Part shown: piece after piece, positions 19,839 to 30,504 of the stretch
Numbering within the stretch: the stretch's first letter is position 1
Layout: each line of letters opens with the position of its first letter
Origin: a virus
DNA length: 64,000 nt
Direction: 5' to 3' (one strand)
IMG/VR virus record: IMGVR_UViG_3300034073_004910
Coordinates: 1 to 64,000 of that record
Notes under the pieces: model-generated
What the model was told of the DNA's origin: nothing
Database searches by the model: none
The model's input: the letters and a program-made list of their open reading frames with translations, nothing else
Program-made: the position numbers and the translations under genes

Positions 19839-22110
19839 TATAAACAATCGGATAAGCCTTTTCCAGCTTACCGAAAGAATAATCTTCCCCAATGTCAAAG
19901 CTGACGCCGATAGGAGCACCAGGAATTGACAATCCACGATCGCGCTGAATACAAGTCTGTACGATTGACTTATATTCTTCGACTTCCTCGTTAGGCACTT
20001 CAGCCAAAATCGAGTCATGTACTAGCGCGAAGATTTTTGCTTTCATTTTTTTACTTTTTAGTTCTTCGTGAGCCTCGAAAGCCCCGATGAGATTAATATC
20101 CGATGCTGGAGACTGTACCATAAAGTTAAGGCCAGAGCGAATTTCGTGCTCTACAATTCCATCGTTGTCAGAGCGTACATTCGGCAGTCTACGCTTACGC
20201 CCGAAGTGTGAGTAAATAAAAGCATTTGCTCGAATAAAATCTCGAGTACTGTCGATCCAATTCTTCAGACCATAGAAAGCATGAAAATACTCGTCAATAA
20301 TCTGAGAAGCTTCTTTCAACGTAATATTACCACCATCTTTTTGTACTTGTGACCAGATCTTGCGAGGGCCTGCTCCATACATAATACCGAAAGTAATGGC
20401 TTTGGCATACTGACGTTCTTGCTTGTATAGATTTTCTACTTCTTCCACAGGGCACGGCAGCTTAAACACTCGCTTAGCAATCGACGAGTGAAAGTTTCCT
20501 CCAGAGACAAAAACATCTTGAAGAGCGTTATCTTTTGCCAATACCGCAGCTACGTACACTTCGGCAGTTACAAGGTCCATAGAAACGATTTGATTTCCGG
20601 GGTTTGCCAGAATACAACCTTTTACTAGAGGATTATCTCTAGGGAACTGCTGTGCGTTAAGCTTACCGCTGGACGAAAGCCGACCAGAGGTAGTAACGTG
20701 TAGATTAAATCCAGTACGAATACGAGAATCCTTATCAAGCTGCGGCAAAATTTTATCAATGTAAGTGTTTTTAATTTTGCCCATTTTTCTAATCTTAAGC
20801 ACTAGCTCTGGAATCGGATGCTGCAAGCTCAGCTCTTTCAGAACTTCCGAGTCTGTAGAGTCTGCACCTTTTTCCGTTTTTTTGCCTGTAGGTGTAAGGC
20901 CCACATAATCAAACAAAAGTTCGCGAAGCTGCATAGTACTATTAGGATTAAACTCTCCATTGTGTGTATCCATGAAAGCCTGAACTGCATCATAATTTTG
21001 AAGCTGCTCTACGGCTTCATAAATTTCTGTTTGCAAAGTTTCTTGAGCAAGCAACAATCGTTTACGAGAAAAAGGAATGCCTGCATCTTGCATTTCGATA
21101 ACAAAAGCAGTAGCGGGGATCAAAATGTTGTAATAAACATTTTTAAACTTAGTGTTTTTGTTAATCAAAGCATTAAACTTTTTGTGCAAAATATAAGTTA
21201 CTAGCGCATCCATAGAAGCATAGACTTTGATAACGTCAAACGGAATCATGCCGAAGTGAAACTGATCTTTCAACACTCCGTTCTTTTTACGATAATCTTC
21301 CATCCAATCGTACATTGGCTTTTCGTAGTCTCCATAAGGAGTGTACTTGAGAGCTAACTGCTTCAAGCCGTGAGTACCAACCGTCTCATCAAGCACATAG
21401 TGCTGAAGCATAGTATCTTCGAACTTCGGAAACTTGAATCCGAACTGATAAGTAAAGTAGCCTATATCGAACTTAGCGTTATGAAAAACAACCGTTTTAG
21501 TATTGAACAGATGTTGAAGCCGTTGTTCGATCACTTCATCAATCACATCTGTACTTATGTATACGCCTTTTTCTCCGTCATAGCACATAGAGATGCCAAG
21601 CATATGGCCGTTGCGCGGGTAAAGATTGGTAGTCTCGGAGTCCAGAGCAATGAAGGTAGACGGATGAGCAATTGCTTCTTCAATATAAGCAAGAGCTTCG
21701 TCTCGATCTTCGATGCCTCGAGTAATCGAATCATCAACAGCAACTGCTTTAGTTTGTCCGCTAATAATACTAATGATATTGTCTCGAGACTCAAGCCATA
21801 TTTTCTCAACTTCTGGCTTGAATGCCAGCATTGCCGGATTGATTACAGGCAAAAATTTAGTATCAACTACTCGACCACTATACTCGGTTACAGATTTGAG
21901 ATTTGCTAGATACTTACAAGCTTCCGAGCCTACAAGAATAACCCATTCGTATTTATCAGCGTCAAGCTCAAGATCTACATTTTTCTTGAGAACTTTGGCT
22001 ACAGCAGGATCTGAGCACAAACTAAATTGCTCAAATTCAAATGCGTTATTGAAAAGGCGAGCGTAATTATTTCGGCTTGCTTTTGCTTCTACAATCGCTA
22101 CATTAGCCAT
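19828..22110 (-). CDS. DNA polymerase, family A (T5-like)
   Basis: 3'-5' exonuclease LDSET, FHNAKFD; SGRLSSS; motif A DLVTAE; motif B RQYAKAITFGIMYG; motif C VHDS. Confidence 0.95.
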   Translation of the reverse strand: MANVAIVEAKASRNNYARLFNNAFEFEQFSLCSDPAVAKVLKKNVDLELDADKYEWVILVGSEACKYLANLKSVTEYSGRVVDTKFLPVINPAMLAFKPEVEKIWLESRDNIISIISGQTKAVAVDDSITRGIEDRDEALAYIEEAIAHPSTFIALDSETTNLYPRNGHMLGISMCYDGEKGVYISTDVIDEVIEQRLQHLFNTKTVVFHNAKFDIGYFTYQFGFKFPKFEDTMLQHYVLDETVGTHGLKQLALKYTPYGDYEKPMYDWMEDYRKKNGVLKDQFHFGMIPFDVIKVYASMDALVTYILHKKFNALINKNTKFKNVYYNILIPATAFVIEMQDAGIPFSRKRLLLAQETLQTEIYEAVEQLQNYDAVQAFMDTHNGEFNPNSTMQLRELLFDYVGLTPTGKKTEKGADSTDSEVLKELSLQHPIPELVLKIRKMGKIKNTYIDKILPQLDKDSRIRTGFNLHVTTSGRLSSSGKLNAQQFPRDNPLVKGCILANPGNQIVSMDLVTAEVYVAAVLAKDNALQDVFVSGGNFHSSIAKRVFKLPCPVEEVENLYKQERQYAKAITFGIMYGAGPRKIWSQVQKDGGNITLKEASQIIDEYFHAFYGLKNWIDSTRDFIRANAFIYSHFGRKRRLPNVRSDNDGIVEHEIRSGLNFMVQSPASDINLIGAFEAHEELKSKKMKAKIFALVHDSILAEVPNEEVEEYKSIVQTCIQRDRGLSIPGAPIGVSFDIGEDYSFGKLEKAYPIVYNVA

Positions 22111-22936
22111 AGAGAATCTCCTTCAGTTTTGATACTTGTTCTTTTGTTAACTCGCCGGGGTCTTTGTTGCCTTTTAGAGTTCGTATCGTTGCGTCGATAC
22201 CTACTTTTTCTGCGATTTCTTTTACTTTTTTGGCTCCCTCTGCTCCGGCAGTATCGCTGTCATAGAGAATATCTATTCCAGTTACACCTTGTACTTTCAG
22301 TAGATCAAAGGAGGACTCTTTCACTGTCGTAACGCCAAACGAAGTGACGGCATTTGTTAATCCTTTGTCGTGAAGATTAATCATATCAAAAATGCCTTCT
22401 ACTAGTATCACTCTACCTTGAATTGGCGTTACCGCGGGAAAAATCGGTAGTGATGCTCCGCCTGGATGTATATAGTATTTTTTACCCAAAGTGCCTGTAT
22501 CGTCTCGTCCAATGAAAGCTACTGTTCTACCTGTAATATCTGTAACTGGAAAAACTACTCGATTAATAAATTCTTTTTCTGCGCTTTTAAACGCGCCAAA
22601 CTTTCTATATGTTTCTGGCGAGATGCTACGCCAGTTTCCAATGTAAGCCATTGCGTCTTTTGGTAAGGAATAGCCGATACTTTGCTGTCGAATTTTATTT
22701 ATCTTTCTCTTTACCTTTTCACGCATTAATTCTAACCTATTTGGGGTGTGATTGTAAAGAAAAAAAATATTTCCCCTGAAGCCACATGACATACACTGAA
22801 ATATACCAAGTACTTTATCTATTCTCATACTTGGGTTCGAGTCATCGTGCTCGGGGTTCAAACACTTTACCAAATAGTCTTTGCCGCTGACGGTAAAAGC
22901 AATCTTTTTTGAATTAAGCAGTTCTTCTACATTCAT
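22103..22936 (-). CDS. DNA primase
   Basis: Zn-binding CLNPEHDDSNPS..CMSC; TOPRIM VEGIFD, DSDTAG, KDPGE. Confidence 0.9.
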   Translation of the reverse strand: MNVEELLNSKKIAFTVSGKDYLVKCLNPEHDDSNPSMRIDKVLGIFQCMSCGFRGNIFFLYNHTPNRLELMREKVKRKINKIRQQSIGYSLPKDAMAYIGNWRSISPETYRKFGAFKSAEKEFINRVVFPVTDITGRTVAFIGRDDTGTLGKKYYIHPGGASLPIFPAVTPIQGRVILVEGIFDMINLHDKGLTNAVTSFGVTTVKESSFDLLKVQGVTGIDILYDSDTAGAEGAKKVKEIAEKVGIDATIRTLKGNKDPGELTKEQVSKLKEILYG

Positions 22937-24285
22937 TCGTCATCATACACGGACTCGCCCGTGCCTTCTGTTGCTTTTTTATCTGCCGGATTTTTTGCCG
23001 ACTCTGGGCCAATCTTTAAAGTCTTCCAATCTACTGCTGATGTGAAGCCTTTAACTTCTCCGTTTCTCATTTTAACACAATTAAATGTGATACACCCATC
23101 TTCTGGGGCATGAGTATCCAGTGTAAACGCTGCATCTGCGGCGTCGAGAATACCTTTTGCAAAACGAGCCTCTCCAGTTGCATCGATCTGATAGGGTGCA
23201 ATAATAGGAACTTCATACTGCTGAGCCATGCTTTTCAATGCTTTACTAATCTCAATCTGTTCGGTCCAGTCATACTGACCGAACTTAGAATATTGATTAC
23301 CAGTTCGATACTTTACTTGGTTTAGATAGTCTACAATAATTGCTCGAGGACTGATAGATACAACTTTTTTATCAATTTCACTTCTAATTTTAGAAACAGA
23401 CAGCTCTGGATCGTAAACTACATCTAGTTGAACTTGCTTTAGCGGTTTACGAATCAATTGAGAGTGAAACTTATCAAAAGAGTTATGCTCTAGATAGTCA
23501 TCATATGCTTTTTCGCCCTCTTCAAATCTTTTTGCCCACCAGCCTGCAACTCGTCTCCATTCTGCAATAGATAGAGATTTATTTCGAATTGCAGCCATAT
23601 TAACATTTGTAGCAATCGCACAAATTCTTTGAAGAATCGATCTAGAATCCATTTCGATAGTGAAGTAGATTACAGACTTATCTTCTTCAAAGATGTTAGC
23701 TGCAATGTTTGCACAAGTAAGCGATTTACCGGCCCCGCGCCGGCCGCCAATGAGAATCAAATCTCGAGGAGAAAAACGCATCATAGCATCGTAGTCTGCA
23801 TTTAGACTCAGAGGTACGTTCTTAGCTAGCTCTTCTTCAGAATAGAAAAGATCAATGCGTCGCATATCATTTTCTGGCGTCTTGAGATCGACTTTAGACT
23901 CAACGTCCAGAACAATTGCTTGTAGATTTGAAAGGCTTTCTTCAGCATTATCAATAGCTACTGAAGTCTCTAAATACTTCTCGAGCTGAAGCATAATCTC
24001 AGCTTGAGTGTACTCGTTTTTTAGATATTCCAAAAGCTGAGAGCATGGAATATCAATATCTTCCGCTCTTTCAACTACAAAGATTTTTTCAAGAGTTTGA
24101 CGATCACGAACAGAGAGTTTTAGATCATCAAAGCTGGGGAGGGTAGAAAACTCATCTACATGGTTTTCTATTACGGAGTGAATTCTGCTGAATTCTTCAG
24201 GCAAGTAATGCTTTTGCAGACTAGCCCAGGTGTCCACATCACGATCAACAATAATTTTTTTGATGAGAACACTGGCTAAGTTCAA
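22933..24285 (-). CDS. Replicative DnaB-like helicase (T5 D6-like)
   Basis: GGRRGAGKS, YFTIEM, VDYLNQV, PYQIDATGEARFAKGILDAAD. Confidence 0.9.
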   Translation of the reverse strand: MNLASVLIKKIIVDRDVDTWASLQKHYLPEEFSRIHSVIENHVDEFSTLPSFDDLKLSVRDRQTLEKIFVVERAEDIDIPCSQLLEYLKNEYTQAEIMLQLEKYLETSVAIDNAEESLSNLQAIVLDVESKVDLKTPENDMRRIDLFYSEEELAKNVPLSLNADYDAMMRFSPRDLILIGGRRGAGKSLTCANIAANIFEEDKSVIYFTIEMDSRSILQRICAIATNVNMAAIRNKSLSIAEWRRVAGWWAKRFEEGEKAYDDYLEHNSFDKFHSQLIRKPLKQVQLDVVYDPELSVSKIRSEIDKKVVSISPRAIIVDYLNQVKYRTGNQYSKFGQYDWTEQIEISKALKSMAQQYEVPIIAPYQIDATGEARFAKGILDAADAAFTLDTHAPEDGCITFNCVKMRNGEVKGFTSAVDWKTLKIGPESAKNPADKKATEGTGESVYDDE

Positions 24286-24315
24286 TTAACTCTCCTACAT
24301 TTTACAATGCAACAA

Positions 24316-24350
24316 AAAGGAAGCGAGTAAAATAATCTACTCGCTTCCTC
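24316..24350 (-). terminator. Intrinsic terminator downstream of D5
   Basis: AGGAAGCGAGTA...TACTCGCTTCCT stem followed by a T-run on the minus strand. Confidence 0.7.
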
Positions 24351-24369
24351 GTTTAAGAGTCAGACTGAC

Positions 24370-25098
24370 TTAGCCGGCGGCTTTTTCTTTCCGCGAAGCT
24401 CCATCATAGTTCGAGGCTACCAGGCCGCGACGCGTCAGCATCGTCTTAACGCCACGAACCGTCTTACCAAGACGCTCTGCAATATCTTCTACCGACATAC
24501 CGGTAATATCACCGAGCGAATCCATCGGGTCTGCCTGCGGAGGAACGCGATCCCGCTGAGCCGGAATCTTCTGAATCGTACCGATACGCAGAAGCGACAG
24601 AGCCTTACCGCGAACGCTATTAACTTCGCGCTTCAGGGCCTCAGCAATATCTTCCAGATATGCACCGTCGTTTACCAGCTTGATAAAGACTTGCTCTTCG
24701 CTGTCAGAATAGGTCTTAACGGTTTCCGGCTTCGGAGTGGGGCGAACGTGTTCGGTCAGCTCCAGAGAAAGAATTTTTCCCTGAATTTGCTTAGCGGTAA
24801 ACTCGCCATCCCCAAACTGCTCGGCGATCTCTCCGTAGGTGTACGTTCCAGAGTTGGCTTCTACGAACTCTGCCAGCTCTTGTGCTTGTTCATCGCTGAA
24901 CGCTTTGCGAACATTTGCCGAAGCAAGTTCGACTTCAAAACCCAGCTTACGCAGTTTGCTCGCGATCGAGCGTGCCGACGTTTCGAAGTGTTCGGCTGCT
25001 TGGGCTACGGTTGCTTGAGATACCGGATTTTCATCGCCAACAAAAGTTTGCAGATTTTCGGTACGCTCGTCAGTCCATTTCGGAAGTGCTTTACTCAT
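24370..25098 (-). CDS. T5 D5-like DNA-binding protein
   Basis: Repeated HTH units; RSIASKLRKLG, QIQGKILSLELT, RGVKTMLTRRGL. Confidence 0.85.
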   Translation of the reverse strand: MSKALPKWTDERTENLQTFVGDENPVSQATVAQAAEHFETSARSIASKLRKLGFEVELASANVRKAFSDEQAQELAEFVEANSGTYTYGEIAEQFGDGEFTAKQIQGKILSLELTEHVRPTPKPETVKTYSDSEEQVFIKLVNDGAYLEDIAEALKREVNSVRGKALSLLRIGTIQKIPAQRDRVPPQADPMDSLGDITGMSVEDIAERLGKTVRGVKTMLTRRGLVASNYDGASRKEKAAG

Positions 25099-25879
25099 TA
25101 CTATCTCCTAGAAATAATTTCAAATTTGTGATTACAGTTACGCCAGATTCTTTGGCTTTTTTGGTTTTTGCAGACTCTATTCCGCTTTCATTCACTAGAA
25201 TGGTTACGTCTTTTGTAAGACTATCTTTGACTATGTAACCTCGATCTTTCAAAGCTGCCGCTGCTTCTGCTTTAGTTTTGAACGAGGATAGTTTTCCTGA
25301 TATGCAGATTGTTCCCTTAATTACTTCAATTTTTGATTGTTTTTGTACTGAAAAAGAAAAGGGATAATTATCAATATTGTTTTTTGCAATCTGCCACCAG
25401 TTCATCAAATTTTTAGTAGCTATCGGACCAAGCCCAGCTTCTTTACAAGCAGCTTCAGACAATTCATTAATATTTGAAATTACTTTGCAAAGCTTAGCTG
25501 TAGCAGTTTCTCCGATTAGTGGAATACCAAACGCGGGAAGAACACTCTCAAGAGAAGCAGAAGCTGAAGTTTGAATTTCTTCAAACAACTTTCTGCCTAC
25601 AAGATCAGAGCCAAGAGCTTCCACGATAGTCACTAAATCCAGTTCGTAAATTTGTTCAATTGATTGTAAATTTAGTTTTTCTATTGTGGCTGGCCCGAGA
25701 CCCTTAATTTTAAGGCTTTTTGCCCAATGCTCGATACGCTTTGAATTTTTAGCATAGCAATCGGCATTTAAGCAGTACAGCAGATCGTTTTTCCACTCCA
25801 AGATGAAGCCACAACTTGGGCATACCGACGGAGCTTTGATTGCTCTTAGATTTGTGCTGGTCATGGGCTGCTCTCTCAT
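25091..25879 (-). CDS. NAD-dependent DNA ligase subunit B (Zn finger, HhH, BRCT)
   Basis: CPSC..LYC.N..C, IKGLGPATI, BRCT ICISGKL..SAKTKKA. Confidence 0.9.
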   Translation of the reverse strand: MREQPMTSTNLRAIKAPSVCPSCGFILEWKNDLLYCLNADCYAKNSKRIEHWAKSLKIKGLGPATIEKLNLQSIEQIYELDLVTIVEALGSDLVGRKLFEEIQTSASASLESVLPAFGIPLIGETATAKLCKVISNINELSEAACKEAGLGPIATKNLMNWWQIAKNNIDNYPFSFSVQKQSKIEVIKGTICISGKLSSFKTKAEAAAALKDRGYIVKDSLTKDVTILVNESGIESAKTKKAKESGVTVITNLKLFLGDSNE

Positions 25880-26071
25880 CTTGAAGTACTATTATAGGCT
25901 TCTTGGGGTAAAAAGTCAAGATTTATTTTTTTATTGGTACCGGGAGGAAATGACTCCATATATAATTCCGCAAATAGATACAAGCTCCCAGTAGTCCCCG
26001 CACATTTCTTTCAACACAATCGGATACGTACAAAAAACTATTATAGACAATAAAAATGATGACCACAACAC

Positions 26072-27010
26072 TCATGTTACTCTCTGAATTATTCTTGGTA
26101 TGATGTCTCCGCTTCGAATTACTCTTACTTGACAGCCCTCCTCTAGATTCAGTGCTTCGATATATTTCATGTTGTGTAATGTAGCTCGACTAACTGTCGC
26201 TCCGTCAATGTCTACTGGAGTCAGCACAGCTACGGGCGAAACTACTCCCGAACGCCCCACATTCCAAATAACTCTTTCTAGCGTTGTTACTACGCCTTCC
26301 TTTTGAGTCTTTAGAGCGTATGCTCCTCGAGGATGGTGAGCCGTATAGCCTAGTCTCTCAAAGTCCGCATTGTTATTCATTCGAACAACAAATCCGTCAG
26401 TCGGATAAATACTTACATCATTGTGCAAGACTGTATTAAATCCGTACTTAAACAGGTCTGCTAAATCATCTTCGTACTTAACATTTACATATGGAGTAAG
26501 CCCATAAGCATAAAAAGTCAGATTACGAGTTTTAAACTCATCTACAGACTTTAGATTAAGTGCGCCCGCAGCATAATTTCTAGCGTTCTCGATTGTCGCG
26601 GGAGCGACCACTTCGCCAGTAATTTGTACAATACCTTTTAGCGGTATCTGTTTCGGAATCGAAAGAGTACTTACTAGCGAAGTAATATCTTGCCCACGAG
26701 TACCGTCACCTCGAGTAAGAGCAAGCCAGAACTCACCTTCTACATAGAGAAGCGAGACGGCTGCTCCATCGAGTTTAACAGTAGTAACGCCTAGAATCTC
26801 TGCCCAAGGCCGCTCGTCTTCAGGGTACACTTTTTTGAGTGAATACATCTGATAGGCATGAGCGATTCCTTTCGGATGCTTATGCCCTACGGAAGCGTAA
26901 TTATATTGATCGACTAGAGCATCAAACTCTTCGTCGGAGAGAACTGGAGTGCCTTCATAGTACGCTTTAGAAACGTAATCAAGGTACTGTTTAATGCTTT
27001 CTAAGTTCAT
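26072..27010 (-). CDS. NAD-dependent DNA ligase subunit A (adenylation + OB)
   Basis: YYEG.P..SDEEFD, KLDG, LTRGDG, ATLHN, RSGDIIPRI. Confidence 0.92.
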   Translation of the reverse strand: MNLESIKQYLDYVSKAYYEGTPVLSDEEFDALVDQYNYASVGHKHPKGIAHAYQMYSLKKVYPEDERPWAEILGVTTVKLDGAAVSLLYVEGEFWLALTRGDGTRGQDITSLVSTLSIPKQIPLKGIVQITGEVVAPATIENARNYAAGALNLKSVDEFKTRNLTFYAYGLTPYVNVKYEDDLADLFKYGFNTVLHNDVSIYPTDGFVVRMNNNADFERLGYTAHHPRGAYALKTQKEGVVTTLERVIWNVGRSGVVSPVAVLTPVDIDGATVSRATLHNMKYIEALNLEEGCQVRVIRSGDIIPRIIQRVT

Positions 27011-27065
27011 AGCCTGCTTTCCAAATTTTATATATTATACAAAACTTAGAAAGAATAGTCAACAC

Positions 27066-27347
27066 TTATTTTTCGTATATCTCTTGTAGCAATTCTTTGA
27101 AATACTCGTTAATTATTTCTTTGCTTTCCGCAATAGAAAGAATCTCTGCTAGTCCTGCGAATAATTCTTTGCTGTTTTGTAGATCAAGAGCGAAAGAAAT
27201 ACCGGTGCCAGAAGGAAGCCATTCTTCGTCAAAACTTAAGTAGTACTTTCGTAGATGTAGATATTCGATTCCATTAAATTCGTTTACTACTAAACGTATT
27301 TGATGATGCTCTCCGTCCTCAATAATGCGTTGATATATATCAGTCAT
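27066..27347 (-). CDS. PC4/p15-like ssDNA-binding protein
   Basis: IRLVVNEFNGIEYLHLRKYY...W.P..GIS. Confidence 0.75.
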   Translation of the reverse strand: MTDIYQRIIEDGEHHQIRLVVNEFNGIEYLHLRKYYLSFDEEWLPSGTGISFALDLQNSKELFAGLAEILSIAESKEIINEYFKELLQEIYEK

Positions 27348-27603
27348 TGTTGAGAATTGAGCTCAAAGGAGCTACACTAGTTATATTGTCAGGCGTCATA
27401 AGACGATAAGAGTCTGTATCCCAGCAAAACATGAGCACTGTGCTAGAGCTCTCTTTTGCTCGATTGTTTTTGCTTTGAATATACTCATTGTTGAAATCCA
27501 GCGTACAAACATTATACTTAACTTTATTGGAATTTGGGCTTCGATAAGTAATAATGGCGTCGCCATACTCGTTTAATAACTGTTTTAATTCTTCTTTTTT
27601 CAT
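27340..27603 (-). CDS. Conserved T5-like hypothetical protein
   Basis: YNVCTLDF..YI..MFCWDTDSYR; T5 synteny. Confidence 0.6.
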   Translation of the reverse strand: MKKEELKQLLNEYGDAIITYRSPNSNKVKYNVCTLDFNNEYIQSKNNRAKESSSTVLMFCWDTDSYRLMTPDNITSVAPLSSILNND

Positions 27604-27677
27604 TCTACATTCCTTAGAAAGTATTGCAAAACTTATTTAGCAGGGACTTTCTTTGTTAGTTTCTGTAGACGAAAAAA

Positions 27678-27705
27678 GACCGGGAAGGTGTTACCCTTCC
27701 CGGCA
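27678..27705 (-). terminator. Intrinsic terminator downstream of D3
   Basis: CCGGGAAGG...CCTTCCCGG stem with a T-run on the minus strand. Confidence 0.7.
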
Positions 27706-27717
27706 ATTTTAGAAGTA

Positions 27718-28161
27718 TTACGCAGCTTTTGCGCTACCCAACACTTCTGCAAAGTAAAGAGCCGCCTTGCCAGTAAGTTTCTCGATAATCTCGGCATTTG
27801 GCTCGAGGCCAAGATCCCGAATTGCTGCTTCGAGCTGTTCGAAGGCTACGGTCTTGCTAACCTTTGAACTACCTTCTGACTTCGAAGCCTTAGCCCCAGA
27901 CCCCGCTGCGGCTTCCTTCTTAATATATACGCCTGCTTTGGTAAGAATCATTCGAACTCCGTTCGGAGACTCGTCGAGTTCTTCTGCAATGTCCTTCACG
28001 ATCTCCATCGAATTTTCTGGAGTCGGTTCTGCTTCTTCATACATGCGAATTGCTTCTGCCCGTTTTTCGTCATCCCACGCCACTTTTCGTCTCCTTTTGC
28101 CTGTTACACCAATCGTAGAACCCGTTGCTCTAAGTTGAGCTTCGTAAAATCTATCGCCCAT
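27718..28161 (-). CDS. T5 D3-like protein
   Basis: AWDDE...SMEIVKDIAEELDESPNGVRMILTKAGVYIKK..KLTGKAALYFA. Confidence 0.8.
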   Translation of the reverse strand: MGDRFYEAQLRATGSTIGVTGKRRRKVAWDDEKRAEAIRMYEEAEPTPENSMEIVKDIAEELDESPNGVRMILTKAGVYIKKEAAAGSGAKASKSEGSSKVSKTVAFEQLEAAIRDLGLEPNAEIIEKLTGKAALYFAEVLGSAKAA

Positions 28162-28226
28162 GTCTTTTTCTCATTTTGAGAATATATTATAGAGCCTATA
28201 GCAACGAAAGTCAACACTTATTTATA

Positions 28227-28484
28227 TCACTGGTCAAATTTAGTTAATTCTTCGAGAGTTGCTTCACGAATTTTCCGACACCGTTCTTTGCTGAATACAC
28301 ACAGATAGAAGAAGATCGGACTGAACAATGTAGACATGCCTAGTGCAAGCAGGTAATAAATTGTTGCAGCGATAAAACTCGGTCTGCGAAAACTGGTTCG
28401 CATGTAGTCTCGTCGAATCGGATAAAAAATCTCTTTAATTGCAAGAATGTTTGTAGCTACTGCGAACGCGATAAAGTACATCAT
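28227..28484 (-). CDS. Hypothetical membrane protein
   Basis: Two hydrophobic segments; lies between D2 and D3. Confidence 0.5.
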   Translation of the reverse strand: MMYFIAFAVATNILAIKEIFYPIRRDYMRTSFRRPSFIAATIYYLLALGMSTLFSPIFFYLCVFSKERCRKIREATLEELTKFDQ

Positions 28485-29161
28485 ATGTATTTAAAAGACA
28501 CTCCGTATTGTTCCAAATGTTTTAGTTTGCCCAGATCGTACCCAGGCACGTATGCAAAAAATCCGCCAAACTCAACAGAAGGAAAATACGTAGCAGTACT
28601 TTCCATTTTTTCTGTGATATACACTCGATAGCACTTAGAGCCGTATCGTTCCGTGTAAACTGGCTCAGTCATCTCTTTTTCAACTCGACAAGGTGCATGA
28701 TACTTTGCTGACCAAGCGATCTCTCCTATAGCAAACTCTTCTCCGACGCACTCTTCTGGCAGCATAGCAATTTTATGCTTATCGTCTCCAGTTATTTTTT
28801 CAGGAATACCGATTCTAGCTACAACATTTTTTACAAATGCTGGCGAACGGTAGATGCGTTTTGAGATTGCGGCAACATTGTCTCCTTCTAGAAGAGATTC
28901 CGCAATATTGCGTATTTCTTCTGGTTGAGCAGGCTTGCCGCGGCGCTCTTTCTTTCTTTTCGCCGTATTTTCCTGATCTTCTTTCCAGTTTGAAAGAATT
29001 GTATTTAGACGAGTTGTGTTGTACGATATGTTCAATATCTCGCAAGCCTCTTTCTTTGAAATCGGCTTTTCCGAGTTTTCTAACAGTTCGATAACTCGAC
29101 TGATATTAGCATCAGTAAGCTTTTCGCTTGCTTGCTTTTTTACTCGTTTTTGAACTTTCAT
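28481..29161 (-). CDS. T5 D2-like protein
   Basis: KKEACEILNISYNTTRL..IYRSPAFVK..WSAKYHAPC. Confidence 0.8.
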   Translation of the reverse strand: MKVQKRVKKQASEKLTDANISRVIELLENSEKPISKKEACEILNISYNTTRLNTILSNWKEDQENTAKRKKERRGKPAQPEEIRNIAESLLEGDNVAAISKRIYRSPAFVKNVVARIGIPEKITGDDKHKIAMLPEECVGEEFAIGEIAWSAKYHAPCRVEKEMTEPVYTERYGSKCYRVYITEKMESTATYFPSVEFGGFFAYVPGYDLGKLKHLEQYGVSFKYI

Positions 29162-29163
29162 TT

Positions 29164-30318
29164 TTACTCTTGCGTTTCACTTTCCGAAGGTGTGCAACCC
29201 TTAACAAAGCTCTCAGGACAGTTTACATTTGGAAATGACCCTCCAACAGAACGAATAAAAGGAAGTACTCCAGTTTGCCACTGTTGAGTCGGCCCCCCAT
29301 TCCAAGTATTACGTTGCCATGAGATATGTGTAGCTTTCAAATCATACGCTGCCTTATCATAAATTCCCGTAGGCTCGTACTTTTTAAGATCGCTTTCCAC
29401 ATTGAACATGATAGGTACTTTTCCTCGAAAATCTACTTCTCCTGTAGCTCCTACGATTAGAGCTTGAGAGGCGTTTGTACTTGCCGCTGGAGTTGCCAGA
29501 ATAATATCTGGCCCGCCTAGTGCATACTGATAGCGCAACGACTCATTATGCAGTCTTACAAATAAACTCTGACTAGGCCAATAGTTTGTCGATAGCCGAA
29601 CTATAGTTCGCGGCCAAGCAGCTCGTGATGCTTGCATCAATCTTAGATATTGATCTGTGGCTGCTGTAGACGAAAACCCCGGAAGATTAGTAACAGTACC
29701 CCCTAATGCAGTCTCGGCTGTAGCAATTGCTTCAAAGTTTGGGTGTGAATCGTATCGCTCTCCCAATGCTTGATACAGTGCAATTAGCCGATCCATCACA
29801 GCAGGATTCCATACACGAGTCGCAAATCGGGTGCCATCATTGTAGACGGAATAGTCGCCCCCACCATATTCTTCAGTCTGAATATAAGCCGGAGAAGGCT
29901 TCAGTCTTCCTCCAAAAGAACGAGTCCATACTTCTAATATAATTTGCTTGTTTACAGACTCAGCTCTATCTAACAGAGCGTCCAAAGCTAGAAAATCATA
30001 TTCACCCTTTCGAGGCTCTAGTTCGTTCCAATAGTAACGTACCTGAAGACCTCTAATAGAGGGCTCTTCAGCAATTTCATCCAAATATGCAAGACGTTTA
30101 AGCAGCCCCGCTCCATTATCTGAAATTACATAATGCCCAGGATTCCATTTAATGGCCGAAGAAACTTCGCCCGGCTCATCAACCCCGCTACAGCTTGTGC
30201 CTATATCACACAGTGAAGGCGCATCAGGAGTAGAAGCGTATGTTGGCGTGAGTGCGAGCACGCTCGAAATCATCATTGCTAATGCTGTTCGTTTCGCTAA
30301 TAGTTTTGATTCTATCAT
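29164..30318 (-). CDS. Secreted glycoside hydrolase (TIM barrel, GH35/GH42-like clan A)
   Basis: N-terminal signal-like segment; KWNPGHY, WNELEPRKGEYDF, LGERYDSHP, ETA, LGGPD. Confidence 0.6.
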   Translation of the reverse strand: MIESKLLAKRTALAMMISSVLALTPTYASTPDAPSLCDIGTSCSGVDEPGEVSSAIKWNPGHYVISDNGAGLLKRLAYLDEIAEEPSIRGLQVRYYWNELEPRKGEYDFLALDALLDRAESVNKQIILEVWTRSFGGRLKPSPAYIQTEEYGGGDYSVYNDGTRFATRVWNPAVMDRLIALYQALGERYDSHPNFEAIATAETALGGTVTNLPGFSSTAATDQYLRLMQASRAAWPRTIVRLSTNYWPSQSLFVRLHNESLRYQYALGGPDIILATPAASTNASQALIVGATGEVDFRGKVPIMFNVESDLKKYEPTGIYDKAAYDLKATHISWQRNTWNGGPTQQWQTGVLPFIRSVGGSFPNVNCPESFVKGCTPSESETQE

Positions 30319-30504
30319 GATTCTATCCACTCGTATCCGCACTCATAACATTCGTAACCAATATGGTCTAGTTCACCTTTATTATCTTCGTATACGTCAT
30401 CAACAGTTTGAAGTTGTGCATTGCACAGAGGACAATGATACGTTACAAAGTTAATGTGAGTCACTACTCTGGGCTGAGGCAGATTTTTAAGTACAGCTTT
30501 CATA

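Noticed and set aside
25091-27010. Split DNA ligase as a pseudogene or intron-interrupted gene
   Set aside because: A two-gene NAD ligase is normal in T5-like phages; the gap contains a promoter and no intron core.
16297-28138. Plus-strand ORFs antisense to D11, polymerase, D5 and D3
   Set aside because: Antisense shadows of well-supported minus-strand genes.
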